In this document: in pieces, positions 24,729 to 36,241 of the stretch
Position numbering within the stretch: position 1 is the first letter of the stretch
Layout of the letters: every line of letters begins with the position of its first letter
Source of the DNA: Fistulifera solaris
Taxonomy: Eukaryota
Reading direction: 5' to 3'
Length of the DNA stretch: 64,000 nt
Assembly: GCA_030295235.1 (NCBI GenBank)
Contig: AP026151.1
Location: 744,001 to 808,000 of the forward strand
The notes under the pieces: generated by a model
What the model was told of the DNA's origin: nothing
Seen by the model: the letters and a program-made list of their open reading frames with translations, nothing else
The model's database searches: none
Translations under genes and position numbers: made by a program

Positions 24729-25579
24729 TCTGTTGGCCGAAGGAGCGACGAGAATTTCTGCAAAAAGACGTGAAAAACTCTGCCAACCTTACTTCTAGGT
24801 TTCAAACTCCATTATTTTGCAAAAAATGGCACGAGTAAGAGCGAGATTGAATTAGCGCCGAATAATCATCGCCCCTCCTTCAGTTTATCGTTGCCACAGC
24901 CAACAACTCCGTATAAGTAATTGTTCCTCACCATGCTTAACATGGCCGCCGGGCTTATAAACTTAATTCAAGTTCGAAGAACATTCTTTCGCTTCGTGAA
25001 TGACAATATTAATAGGAAGCCTGCGGCTTATTAAATCCATTTCGGAAGTTATGCTCTTAGGGAATGATCGGATGCGTTTCGAAAGAAAAATGCGGGTGAA
25101 AATGGCGGAATGAAGGCAGTCACGAACTATGGAAAATCGGGGCTGCATCGGTACTCGACATAGAGGTGCACACTACTTCTCCTTCCTCATGCAAGTCGCG
25201 GTCTCGTGGAGGTAAGAGTAGTTAGTACTCACGCGGTTTCTTTTAGAAATTTGAGCCATAGTATTGAAGCTGTTGATCTGGCAGGCGTTCTTTTCCATGT
25301 AAGTATCCTTGTTTTCATATTTTGGGCGATACTCTCTGTGTCAGTTCAAAATGAATGCCGATTTGGACATAGACGTCATTTTGATTTTTCGCGATTTCGG
25401 TGGGTGAAAAATAAAGTTAGCGCACGCTCATCTTGCAATAAGAGCACCGCATCCTCTGCAAAGAAAGCCATAAAAACATTGTTCCGAAGGAACTAAGACA
25501 AACAATTTAGTCGTCAATAACCTACGCAATAGATACTTGCCCTCTTTGATCGTAAAACACGAAACGAATTTAATTCACA

Positions 25580-27848
25580 ATGGGTGTAGGGTTCCGCCGA
25601 TTCTCGAAGAGGAAATCAGATGCATCCCCTGCTCGGAAATATCCGAATGGATCTCAACACGATAGCTCAGCTTCTCAAGACTCCTTCAGCTCGTCTTCTG
25701 CACCGTTGCATGCTCCAGATTACAGTATGAGTCGTACGGAAGTCACCAATATTGTTCGGTCGTGTATTCAACAATTAAAGTCGCAACACGAGGAACAAGC
25801 CCTAGATGCACTGAAGAGATTATTCGCGCTCTCTTCTCCGGAGGACCCCAGCGCATCGTTCCGACAGCGTAATATGATATGCGTTGTTGGGGGTGCGCTG
25901 TTACCCGTGCTCTTTTCGTACATTGATTCGGCCGATGGGGTTTACATTCAGACGGCGTTATTGGTAATCAACAACCTTAGCACTGTTGCAGAAAACAAAC
26001 GACCGTTGGCCATGCAGGGAGCTGGTATTTTAGCGAAAGTGTTAGCTCGCGATCCATCTTGTCATCTGGCGGCTATCATCTTGGTGAATTTGACTTTTTG
26101 CGATGCCGAGTTGCGGCGCGATTTGGTTCTGAAGAAAGACTTTTTGCTGGTGGAGACACTCGCCCTAACACTACTCACTTGTAGTATGGACGAACTGGAG
26201 TTTTGTTCCAAGGGTGAGCCAGCATTGTCTCTGCCAGCGGATCAAGTCCTCAAGGAGCTGCTCAACGATAACGACTTGGTATTCGGAGTTTGTGATACTT
26301 CACCCTCGAAAGTATGTTACCCGAACACGCTAAAATGGGCCATATCGGCCTTAAAGAATTTGACAAGACCATCGAAATACGATGTTGTGGCCCATGCCGT
26401 ACTAGACTCCGGCATTGTATCTCATATACTTCGCTTCGCGGCTCTTCAGGAAAATGACAGTGAAGAATGGAATCTGGTACAAGATGCTGCACTGTACATC
26501 ATTGTTCATCTAGCAGCAATTCCTTCTGCGCGTCCGCAGTTGCGAGAGGTAGTTCCCTCGGCACTTTCTGTTCTAACTCTTCATGATTGTACGGGTGAAG
26601 TTTCAGACAAAGCACTATTTCAAAGAGTGAAGGCACGAATTGCGATAGCGTTTCTTTGCGGATCAGAAGGTCACTACGGACAACCAGTGTGCCCTCGAAA
26701 TCTGAGAGAAAACAATGAAAATGCGGTTTCATCGGTTCGAGTTGAGAGTTGTGCACACTTATATATGAGTGATGCGGAAGCTGCACAACTCCTCGAGCTC
26801 CTGGCAAACATGTTACATCAAAGGAGCAAAGATGGACCAGCGGGATACTCATCATCTACGTTTAGCGTGAAGTACGTCTTGTTTGCGATTCGATGCTTAC
26901 TCACGCAAACGCACAATCAGGCGTGCGTAGCAAAGGCATTCGCGCTGCAATGCAATGCACTTTTCACAAAAGCTATTGCCATGCATCTGTGGCAACCCGA
27001 AGTCATTCATTTAGACCCTGAAGCTGCCGAGCATGCTATTTTTTGTCTTTATTTAATGTCAAATCATGGCTTTAGAGTAAGTACGCGCAATGGAAGAATG
27101 TTTTCGCATGAAAATGCCATACTCACACACTTACGCAACCTTCAGACGCCCTTTTTACCAAAAAGATTATGGAAATGATTCTGACTTGAAGAAGTCCCTT
27201 GCCGCCAAGGTATTTCATTCTTATCGAATGAGAGCTGACATTACCCTGGCTGGAAAACACGCGGCGGAACAACTATTGCTTCGACTGCGTTACATGATCT
27301 TCCAAGGATCCGTCAGCGACTTGAATATAACCACCTGCCTGTCAACACAGGCGTCAGATTATGCATTTGATCCGCAACTCCTACTGGCATCCCAATTGAT
27401 TATTGTGCCCAAATTAACTTCCGGCGCTTGTCCTCGCAAGGATATTTTCGATCGACCCATCCTCCGTCGTCGCGCCCATCACGAAAACAAAGTCATGCCC
27501 GTCTTTGGACATGACGCCGACTGCTTCCCGAGTGCATTGCTGGCCGCCCAAGAATTTTCGTTCGGCAGCACCAAAGTCCGTCACGTGGGTCAGATTGACG
27601 TCGTCCTCATTGCCAACAATATTGCCAATAGCGCCAATGGTCAAAAGACTCAGTCGTATAGCTTTGTGTGGAACTGGCAAGAAGCGATCGACCAAAATCA
27701 CAACAAATTCAAGAATAAGCTCCGTTCCCGACGACATTCGAGTCATTCCTTCATGAACTGTAGTTCTCACAAGTCCAGGTCCGGTATCGCCAAGACAGTT
27801 TTGAGTCAATTGAATTTGGATCGTTTGTGTGGTTCCGAGACGGCTTGA
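25580..27848 (+). CDS. Armadillo/HEAT-like helical repeat protein; intron 27077-27145
   Basis: Repeated LxNL helices (INNLS, LVNLT, LKNLT); an extra A in the run 27160-27164 separates the two ORFs. Confidence 0.65.
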
Positions 27849-28192
27849 GTAGTGGTTCGTTATGGCGTCTTCTCGCACCCAACCTCATCACAAACCTCTA
27901 CTAAATAATTTTGTGCGATACACAAACTCCTTACCTGTCGGAATTGATTTTTTTTGAATAAAGGATCAATGCATAGTAACTCACAAAAGATTAACTGTTT
28001 TTAAATTCAACGATTTTAACATAAAACGAATTGCCAATGCTGCACTTTCACTTCACCGACGCCCGCGCTTTTGCTCATAGCATCCATTCGGTATGTTACA
28101 TTCTCCTTCATATGTAACACAAATTTCGCTAGAGAACGAAAAACAACGTAGAGCCAGAGTGAGCGAGAGAGAGACAAAGAGACATCTGAGTA

Positions 28193-28595
28193 TCACTTTC
28201 CGTGACAAAAAGACACATCCCCGTCAAGACTTCTGCCTGCATGATGGAAGCACTTACCCCAATTTGCAATCTCGGGACGTCGTGCACCCCGATTGGGCAC
28301 CACCCGCCCCGACGGCAGCGCACAAAATGGATTGTTCAGCCGTTTTGACACAAACGGCGTCCCCACCACCACAGAGATCACCATCCACATCACACGTCAA
28401 GACATTGCTATCGTCATTGCAGCCATCGCGGATTGGAAAACACAAGAAGCCTTCGCCTTTGAACAAGAAGGAGGAGCGCTCGTGTTCGATTTCGGTCTCG
28501 CCGTTCACGGACATGCCAATTGTCATGAGAAGAAGTATAGTGACAGAGTAGACCACCCTTTTCGTGGAGTAAACGACCATGCTGCTTCTAAACAA
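28193..28595 (-). CDS. Putative small secreted Cys-rich protein
   Basis: Hydrophobic N-terminus (VTILLLMTIGMSVNG) and at least seven Cys; probably continues past a G-run indel near 28257. Confidence 0.4.
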
Positions 28596-29088
28596 AGATG
28601 TACAAGAAGGAAAAAGAGCTGGAATAATACCAGGTAATGATTGTATTACTCTGTTGTTAGGCCTCTTGGTGTTTGTTGGCTATGTTGCGCAACAACCATT
28701 TGGGAGCGTTTTCCAAAAAGATCTTTCTGCGCTGCGGCAACTATTACCTGGTACATTCGTCGCGGGTCGCGGCATTTTACGAAAACAATGTACATTCTGG
28801 AGATAGAGTCAGTGAGCATTCTATTTATGAAAAATGATGCACGCCTGCGCGAATATGCGTACTTAAAGGTGAGATACTCGCTACGACATCCTTAGAATGA
28901 TAGTATGACGTACGAAACCTCCCTCCTCCCTCCATTTTCGCTTGTTTTTTTTTTTTTTTTTTTTTTGACGATGATGATTGACGATGGGATCTTGCATTGG
29001 TACGGACTTAGTTGCATTTATCAACCTTACTGAAGGCTGTTCACGCACGCTTTTCTATCGTTGCTTAGAACTCTAGACAAGAAAAGCC

Positions 29089-29618
29089 ATGAGACTCTCA
29101 TTCGCTGCAACGCTATTCACTCTTTTCCAGCAGCGTGTCACGGCTTTGGCACTTCCTCCTCTCGTCGTACCTTTTTGTCACAATCATCGGCGGCTCTCAT
29201 TGTCGCAACCACATGCCAACAACCCGCTCACGCCATTCCCATGGTCACCATCAACGAATTCCGCACCATTCTACGAGACAGTGCCCGCAGTATTGCCCGC
29301 GTCGAATTTTCCGGTCCCCGACAAGAAACTGTCATCGTCGTCTTACAAGACGGAACAACCTTTGGTATTTCCGACGTCGTTGACAGTTCCGTCGATCCCC
29401 GCAGTCCCCTGCAAGTCCAAGCCATGTGTCGTGAAAATGATGTACCGGTCAAGTTTACCGATCTCGAAGCCTTGTTGCAAGGCAAAGGACGGGGTAAATT
29501 GTACACGAATGAACGTGTGCAACAGGCGAATTTGAAAGAGCAAGAACGATTAGCGCGCATGGCACAAGATGAAGTGGATCGACAAGAAGCTCTGAAGCGT
29601 ATGGAAGGGCAGTTGTAA
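29089..29618 (+). CDS. Putative thylakoid-lumen protein resembling the FtsH N-terminal lumenal domain
   Basis: Signal peptide ending CHG-F, twin-arginine SRRTFL, AHA cleavage site, then EFRTILRDSARSIARVEF; T-run indel at 29123-29126. Confidence 0.55.
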
Positions 29619-29696
29619 TGGGAATAAGTTGAATAGGAGGAACGAAATAATTATGTTAATTCGTCGTTTTTACTTTCTATTGGATTCACTTTTACA

Positions 29697-30468
29697 CTAA
29701 AGCAATGTCTGTGCTAACGCACGCGACTTGACGATGATCAAACGCGGATGATAGCGTTCCAATACAACTTGAATACACTGTTGCACGGCCGGTAATTCTC
29801 GATTGCCATTAATATCAATGGCGACTACTTCGGGTTGGATTCCCGACGGCCAGTCTTCGGTCGGCTCTAACACATCGAAACAATAAAACGGCAAGGCGGG
29901 ATAATTCTGACGTGCGATAGCGATGGATTCGACGGATTTGTCCATGCCCCAGACGAGAGGAATTTGTCCTTGCGTATGCACCCGATGCACCGTGACACCA
30001 TAATCACACCCAATTTCCAGGAAGGATTGTAACGTATGTATAACACACAGTCGTCGGTATTCACTGGTTTCGGGGGGATACGATAATTGTTGTATGAGGT
30101 GACGAAGATGCATAAACCGGTATCAATCGATGCGGCTGACAGGCATATGTACTGCCTTTTGGATAACGGACTCGTACACGACCGAGATTGCTGGGCGATG
30201 ATTCCTGTTTGTCGTCGAATGGCTCATATCCGACAACTTGTGCCAGTAAAAACAATTCCATTCGTTGTTCGCAGGATTCAGCACCTGCGAGAATTTTTTT
30301 CTTGGCGTGATTCTTCTTTAACCCTTTGCTTTTGCAGACCCAAACATATTGATCGGGGTAAAATGGTTCGTTTTGGGGGAGATTCTCCGCTAGTTTATAA
30401 GAAGGAGGCATGCTTGTTATGGTTTGTAAGGAGGTTGTGAAACAATGCGAAGAGGGCCACCCAAGCAT
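29697..30468 (-). CDS. SAM-dependent methyltransferase-fold protein (frameshift near 30071)
   Basis: FLEIGCDYG motif I, WGMDKS, FDVL, AIDINGNR. Confidence 0.65.
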
Positions 30469-30500
30469 TTTACTTCTTTTATTGCTTTTCTCATCTTCGC

Positions 30501-30523
30501 TCGTGACTTAAATGCAGTCGTGG
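30501..30523 (-). repeat. Hairpin core of the dispersed element
   Basis: TCGTGACTTAAATGCAGTCGTGG. Confidence 0.55.
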
Positions 30524-30709
30524 AAAAGTTAGAAGCTACTGTACGACGGTTAGTCGCGCAGCGACAGTAAATACCACAGGTAATTGCGACGAAGCCGCCG
30601 CGATAAAAGAATGCGGCGCAGAAAAGCGAATAAAACGTATCACTTGTTGCGTTGTTCGAATAGATTTTTCAATCATATTTCATTCGTCTCTTCTATTGCT
30701 GATTCTTGC

Positions 30710-31572
30710 ATGAAGTTCACAATAAGCTTCCTTTCGTCCTATTTATTTCTTTTCTACAATCAAGCTGTAGTGAAAGCACTCATATTATCCATGTCGAATA
30801 ACAGCAACAATCAACAATGCGAGTCCGATCGCTTGCAGCTCTGGCACGGCAAGGTGCGTTTGTCAGCGTCGTTTTCTCTTTCTTTTAATCCCTCTTATCC
30901 CTTTTCTTCATGCAGTGGACGAATCAGCAAATCGGGTGGCACGAAAGTGATGTTCACGGAGCCATTCGTCAATACGAGGAGACCTTGTTGTTTCCGGACA
31001 TCACAACAACGCCGAAAAGAATCTTGTTTCCCTTGTGCGGCAAAACGGTCGATATGGCGTATTTGGCGACGAAATACTCCGAACAGTTGCAAATTGTAGG
31101 AGTCGATGGAGTAGCTCAGGCTTTGGAGACCTTTGTGAAGGAACAGGAACATTTGAAGTTGGAGAAACAAGTCGACAGCAATCGATGGATGAATTCGAAT
31201 TTGGAGTTGTTGCAGAGTGACTTTTTTCAAATGACACAAGACAACTACCAGTCGTATCATCATACGTTCGACGTTATCTTCGATCGAGCCTCGCTGGTGG
31301 CAATTTCACCCTCCTTGCGCGAAGATTATGTCCAAGTTTGTCGCAAATTGTTAAAGCCCAACGGCAAGATCCTGTTGATTGTCATTGAACGCATCGCGGG
31401 TGATATTACGGCGGGGCCTCCGTTTTCCGTAACACACGAGGATGTGATGCGTCTGTACAGTCATCAAGAGTGGGTGGAATCGGTAAAATTGCTCGAAGAT
31501 CAAGGAGAAGCGCAACGAAATCAAGTCTCTGCGGATATGGTGTCTCGCTATTACTGGATTCAATGCAAATAA
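30710..31572 (+). CDS. TPMT: Thiopurine S-methyltransferase (TPMT) family methyltransferase; intron ~30854-30915
   Basis: W..QIGWH, RILFPLCGKTVDMAYLA, DFF, FDRASLVAI, GPPFSV. Confidence 0.9.
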
Positions 31573-31663
31573 TAAACAATGTACGTAAACCGAAGAATTT
31601 TTATGTATTGCATGTACTGATACTAAGCATTGTTACTGTGGCATCGAACGTCTTGCTGCTCAC

Positions 31664-33022
31664 TCAGAAACGCCAGCCAACTTTGGTGGCTAGCGTGTGA
31701 CTGGAGATGAAGCGGTTGTTCTTCTCGCGCAATGTGGTGTGTTCGTCGTACATCGGACTCGGGTTGCGCAAAATATCGTGCATGAACCGCCACGATTTGA
31801 GGCCGGCATAAAACATGAAATCGCTCCAACGATTCACATCATCGTCTTCGGTGGTGAAATGAAAGGTGGAGCCGACACCGCCCTTGGCAACCCAGCGAGA
31901 AGCGATAGCCGTAGTCTTGGCAGCCGTGTTGCGAACCGCGTGCCACCACCACGGAGGAACGAACAGGAGATCACCGGCTTGCATCTCCATTTTGTAGTAC
32001 GGGAGCCATTTCATCAAAGGAAATTTCGTTTCGTCGTATTCATCGGGGAAGGGAGGAAAGCAGAAATTGGCCGCGCGGCCCGTCACGGAAAGGGGGTAGA
32101 GGAACCAGCTGTGTTCTGGGTCGACCATGTACCACGTTTTGGTTCCTTCATATAAGGCAAACAAGTTCCAGTTCGACGCGCAATGCAAAGGTGTCTTGGT
32201 TCCATGTTTGCCAGCAAACAGTTGGCAGTACCCGAGATCTTTGTTCAAGTAGGGTGCGAATCGTTCCAGGTTGGCGGCTTTGGCGATTTCCGGGTGTTTC
32301 TTGTACACGGTCTCGCAGTTGACCAAGTAAACACGGGGATCTTCAACCTCCTTGAGTTTGCCGGCATAATCGGCTCCAATGTCACCTCGGGTTAACATGA
32401 CTTCTTCCTCTCCATACTTCTTCACCAACATATCAAATGACAGCTCCTCCTTTTCGATTTTGTTAATGCCGCGCAGAAGGCAAGGACGAGGATTCTTGAC
32501 AAACTTCTCGTAAAATTCTTCCGGTGAACCGTTCTGCCAATCATACTCGGGGAACGGCAAGGGCTTCATCATCCCTTCGGGTTGCTCTCTCTGGCAAATG
32601 TGTAGAATATAAGCGTGGGTCATGTGGTAGACCATGCTCAAGGCAAAGCGAATACCGGTAATGTAAGAAAGCACGACTCCAAAGATATGAAAGTGTCCGG
32701 TGATCGTCCCCGTGCAGAACCAGACGAACTTGAGAATGATTTTCGGAAGATAACCAATGTCGACGGCAAGGTCTTGATCTTTGTGGTAGTGCCCGTTGAG
32801 TCGTGAGGAGAAAACTGGCTTGAGTCCACACCAAGATACCAACAGATATCGAAGGCGAATCATGAGTTGGAGGTAAACAACTTGAAGACGAGTGCGATTG
32901 CCGGGCGCTGGATGGTCGGGCCACACGAAAAGCCACGCAGTGAAGATACTAATCGCCGATGCTGCTATAATCTCCTTTTGCTCCAAAAGGAGTGCCCATA
33001 TTGTGCTCAGAAGGCCTATCAT
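31664..33022 (-). CDS. JmjC (cupin-8-like) 2OG/Fe(II) oxygenase, paralogue A, N-terminal hydrophobic segments, HxA metal motif
   Basis: LFAGKHGTKTPLHCASNWN, EGTKTW, GDLLFVPPWWWHAVRN. Confidence 0.88.
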   Translation of the reverse strand: MIGLLSTIWALLLEQKEIIAASAISIFTAWLFVWPDHPAPGNRTRLQVVYLQLMIRLRYLLVSWCGLKPVFSSRLNGHYHKDQDLAVDIGYLPKIILKFVWFCTGTITGHFHIFGVVLSYITGIRFALSMVYHMTHAYILHICQREQPEGMMKPLPFPEYDWQNGSPEEFYEKFVKNPRPCLLRGINKIEKEELSFDMLVKKYGEEEVMLTRGDIGADYAGKLKEVEDPRVYLVNCETVYKKHPEIAKAANLERFAPYLNKDLGYCQLFAGKHGTKTPLHCASNWNLFALYEGTKTWYMVDPEHSWFLYPLSVTGRAANFCFPPFPDEYDETKFPLMKWLPYYKMEMQAGDLLFVPPWWWHAVRNTAAKTTAIASRWVAKGGVGSTFHFTTEDDDVNRWSDFMFYAGLKSWRFMHDILRNPSPMYDEHTTLREKNNRFISSHTLATKVGWRF

Positions 33023-33454
33023 TTTCCTCTTTAGCTGAAGAATAAAAATGATAAAGGAAGGGTGTGAGGAAAGGCGTCAACCAATGCCAAGAAAAGATTT
33101 TTGTTGACAAAATGAGGTGCGATCCAAAATATCAGAATTCAGAATCCATGATCCGGACATCAAAGACATCTAACTAAAAAAAATAAAACGTACACTTTGC
33201 AGGAGAAATTCGAAGTTCTTTGCTAGGGGGCAATTGTTTGGATGTCTTAAGACAGCGAAATTGCTTAGACTAAATCTCTCGACAACACGTTTCGAGTCGT
33301 GTTTCCGATTGACACCCCCTTCCAATAAGGCAGCATGGTGCTAGGGCTAATGCTTTTTACCTCCAGATTGGCTCGACTAGACTGAGTCTTTCGACTAATA
33401 CAGCATACAGCGAAGAGACAAAATAGGCGAAGATATCTAAAATGGGGTTTAGGA

Positions 33455-34813
33455 TTAGAAGCGCCAACCAACTTTCGTGGCCAAGGCGTGACTGGAAATG
33501 AAGCGGTTATTTTTCTCTCGCAATGTGGTGTGTTCATCATACATCGGACTGGGATTGCGCAAGATATCGTGCATAAAGAACCAAGATTTAAAGCCGGCAT
33601 AGAACATGAAATCGTTCCAGCGGTTGACGTCGTCATCTTCGGTGGTGAACTGAAAGGTATTGCCGACACCACCGCATCCGACCCAGCGAGAAGCCATCGC
33701 GACATTCTTTTCCGAAGTGTTTCGAACGGCATGCCACCACCACGGCGGAACGAACAAAAGATCACCGGGGTTCACCTCGACTTTGTAAGAGGGCAGCCAT
33801 TTCATTAGAGGATGCAACTTTTCGTTGTAATCGTCGGGGAAAGGAGGAAACGCGAAAGTGGCAGCGAGGCCGACCGCGGATAAAGGATACAGGAACCAAG
33901 TATTTTCCGGATCAATCAAGTACCACGTCTTGGAACCTTCAAACATGGTAAAGAAATTCCAATTCGAGGCACAATGCAAGGGCGTCTTGGTTCCATTTTT
34001 GCCAACAAACATTTGGCAGTATCCCGGCTTCTTCTTCATGTACGGCGCAAACTGTTCCATGTTGGCAGCCATACCGATTTCGGGGTGTTTGTTGTACAAT
34101 GTCTCGCAGTTGACCAAATAAACGCGAGGATCTTCGACTTCCTTGAGCTTGCCGGCGTAGTCTTTGCCGATATCGGCCCTCGTTAACATCACCTCTTCTT
34201 CGCCATATTTCTTGACAATATTATCAAACGAGAACTCTTCCATCTTATCTTTGGTGATTCCTCGTAAAATACAGGCCCGGGGGTTCTTGACAAACTTCTC
34301 GTAAAAATCTTCGGGCGAACCGTTCTTCCAGTCGTACTCGGGCAATTTCAAGAACTTTTCCATTCCTTCCGGCTTGTCTCTTTGGCAAACGTGAAGTATG
34401 TATGCGTGCGTGACATTGTAAACGAGGGAAAGGAAGATACGAAAGCCGCACAGATACGAAAGTACCATGCCAGGTACACCGAGATTGCCGGAGATTGTGC
34501 CGTTCAAAAACCAAATGATCTTGAGAATGATTTTGGGTACATAGCCGATATCTACAGCGTGATCTTGATCTTTGTTGTAGTGTCCGTTGATTCGTGGAGA
34601 CAGAAATGGCTTGAGACCGCACCACGATACCAACAGATAGCGAAGACGAATCATGGCTTGCAGATAAACGATACGAAGACGAGTGCGATCACCCGGGGCC
34701 GGGTGGTCGGGCCACAACAAGAGCCACGTCGTAAAAAGACCCATTAGGGAAGCTACCACCATTTCTTTTTGCTCCAAAAGGAGAGACAGCATCGTTTTGA
34801 GATGTTCTATCAT
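33455..34813 (-). CDS. JmjC 2OG/Fe(II) oxygenase, paralogue B (tandem duplicate, also 452 aa)
   Basis: TPLHCASNWN, EGSKTW, GDLLFVPPWWWHAVRN; identical C-terminus to paralogue A. Confidence 0.88.
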   Translation of the reverse strand: MIEHLKTMLSLLLEQKEMVVASLMGLFTTWLLLWPDHPAPGDRTRLRIVYLQAMIRLRYLLVSWCGLKPFLSPRINGHYNKDQDHAVDIGYVPKIILKIIWFLNGTISGNLGVPGMVLSYLCGFRIFLSLVYNVTHAYILHVCQRDKPEGMEKFLKLPEYDWKNGSPEDFYEKFVKNPRACILRGITKDKMEEFSFDNIVKKYGEEEVMLTRADIGKDYAGKLKEVEDPRVYLVNCETLYNKHPEIGMAANMEQFAPYMKKKPGYCQMFVGKNGTKTPLHCASNWNFFTMFEGSKTWYLIDPENTWFLYPLSAVGLAATFAFPPFPDDYNEKLHPLMKWLPSYKVEVNPGDLLFVPPWWWHAVRNTSEKNVAMASRWVGCGGVGNTFQFTTEDDDVNRWNDFMFYAGFKSWFFMHDILRNPSPMYDEHTTLREKNNRFISSHALATKVGWRF

Positions 34814-35368
34814 GGCCAGATCGTTTGGTGTGCTCTGCCAGATTCACTTCGTGTCAAATGAGACGATTGCCATCGGTCCCACTCAAGGGTTTTGAATCGG
34901 TAAAAAATGCGGCCCAAATGCGAACAAAGAAGGAGGCGTAGATCGCTTGATATTTTTAGACTCCGATAAAATGTGATAAAATGGTTATTACCTCGTAAGA
35001 AACAACGAATGGAGTCTTAACACTTAAGTAGTGCCGGCGTTCCATAAAGTTGAGTATTTACAAGGTCGAATAATTTAGCACGATGCGTTGCTATGTACTA
35101 TGTATAGACACCAAGAAAAACGAATCTGAACCATAATGGTGACTCACAAGTCCAAAAGAGTATTTATCGCAGCGGGTCTTACGTACGTGAAAGAAATACT
35201 TTGTAGGGAGACGATGGACAGACTTCAAGTTCAAAACGCGGGAAAACGCGACAAGAAAGACACGAAGGTGGAACTTTCGACGAAAAAACGTTCTCATTAG
35301 AAATTCTGCAAGCAATTGTGCATGTATTCGTTGCAACAAAGACAACCTTTGCAAATCGTTCTAGCACA

Positions 35369-36181
35369 ATGCGAGTTTTCTTTATTATCCTACTGGCTTC
35401 CCCTTTCGCGAGCGCTTGGTTGGCTCCAAGAAACGCTGTTCGTTCCACACAGAATTCACGACGACTCATCACGTACGCACTCGTTCCTCAAACCAACCCT
35501 AGTGCCGATACACACGCCGTCAGTCAAGCCGGAGTTATCTACTCCGATGCCTTTGCGTGTATTCAATCGGTATACCCGGCCGCCATGCTTTCACAGCGCA
35601 ACGCCGTCAGTCGAACCGATGGCTACTGGCCGTACCTTTCGCAGGGCATCGAACCGCCACGGTCACTCACGTACGGAGAATTCGATTTTTATTTCTTTGC
35701 GGAGCTCTTGGATCGTGCCTTATTGCTGAGTGCACGGGAGAGTTGGCAAGATACCGTCTTTTGTGATGTAGGGAGTGGAACGGGTCGGCTCGTCTTGGCG
35801 GCGCATCAATTGCACGCCTGGAAAGAATGTCGTGGAGTGGAAATCTTACCGCAAGTGCATCGAGAAGCGGAACACAAGTTACAAGAGTGTGATGGCATTA
35901 CCTTGATCTGCGGTTCCTTTGAAGACAACGACAATCTCAAGAACGCGGACTGCATTTTCGCCTTTTCGAGCTGTTTCACTCCAGAAACAATGCAAAGCTT
36001 AGGGAATGCGGTCGGGAAACAATGTAACCCGGGAACCATAGTTATTACTACGGACTATATGCTTCCATTGGAAGGTCCGGACTACTTGCTTCGATTGGTC
36101 GAACAACGGAATGGCTGGTGTTGGTTAACGGGTGGTCCAAGTACTGCCTTTCTTCACCAAGTCGTGCAATCGTCATCTTGA
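35369..36181 (+). CDS. Class I SAM methyltransferase (DOT1-like fold), probably plastid-targeted
   Basis: Signal peptide ending ASA-W, LTYGE, FCDVGSGTGRLV, GVEIL, GSF. Confidence 0.78.
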   Translation: MRVFFIILLASPFASAWLAPRNAVRSTQNSRRLITYALVPQTNPSADTHAVSQAGVIYSDAFACIQSVYPAAMLSQRNAVSRTDGYWPYLSQGIEPPRSLTYGEFDFYFFAELLDRALLLSARESWQDTVFCDVGSGTGRLVLAAHQLHAWKECRGVEILPQVHREAEHKLQECDGITLICGSFEDNDNLKNADCIFAFSSCFTPETMQSLGNAVGKQCNPGTIVITTDYMLPLEGPDYLLRLVEQRNGWCWLTGGPSTAFLHQVVQSSS

Positions 36182-36241
36182 TTGTTTGTGAGGCTGAAAA
36201 GAACAAGGCACCGGTCACGTTCACAAAATTGGGGTTGACGG

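Noticed and set aside
28945..28966. Poly-T tract as a retroposon tail
   Set aside because: No target-site duplication or adjacent retroelement body is visible.
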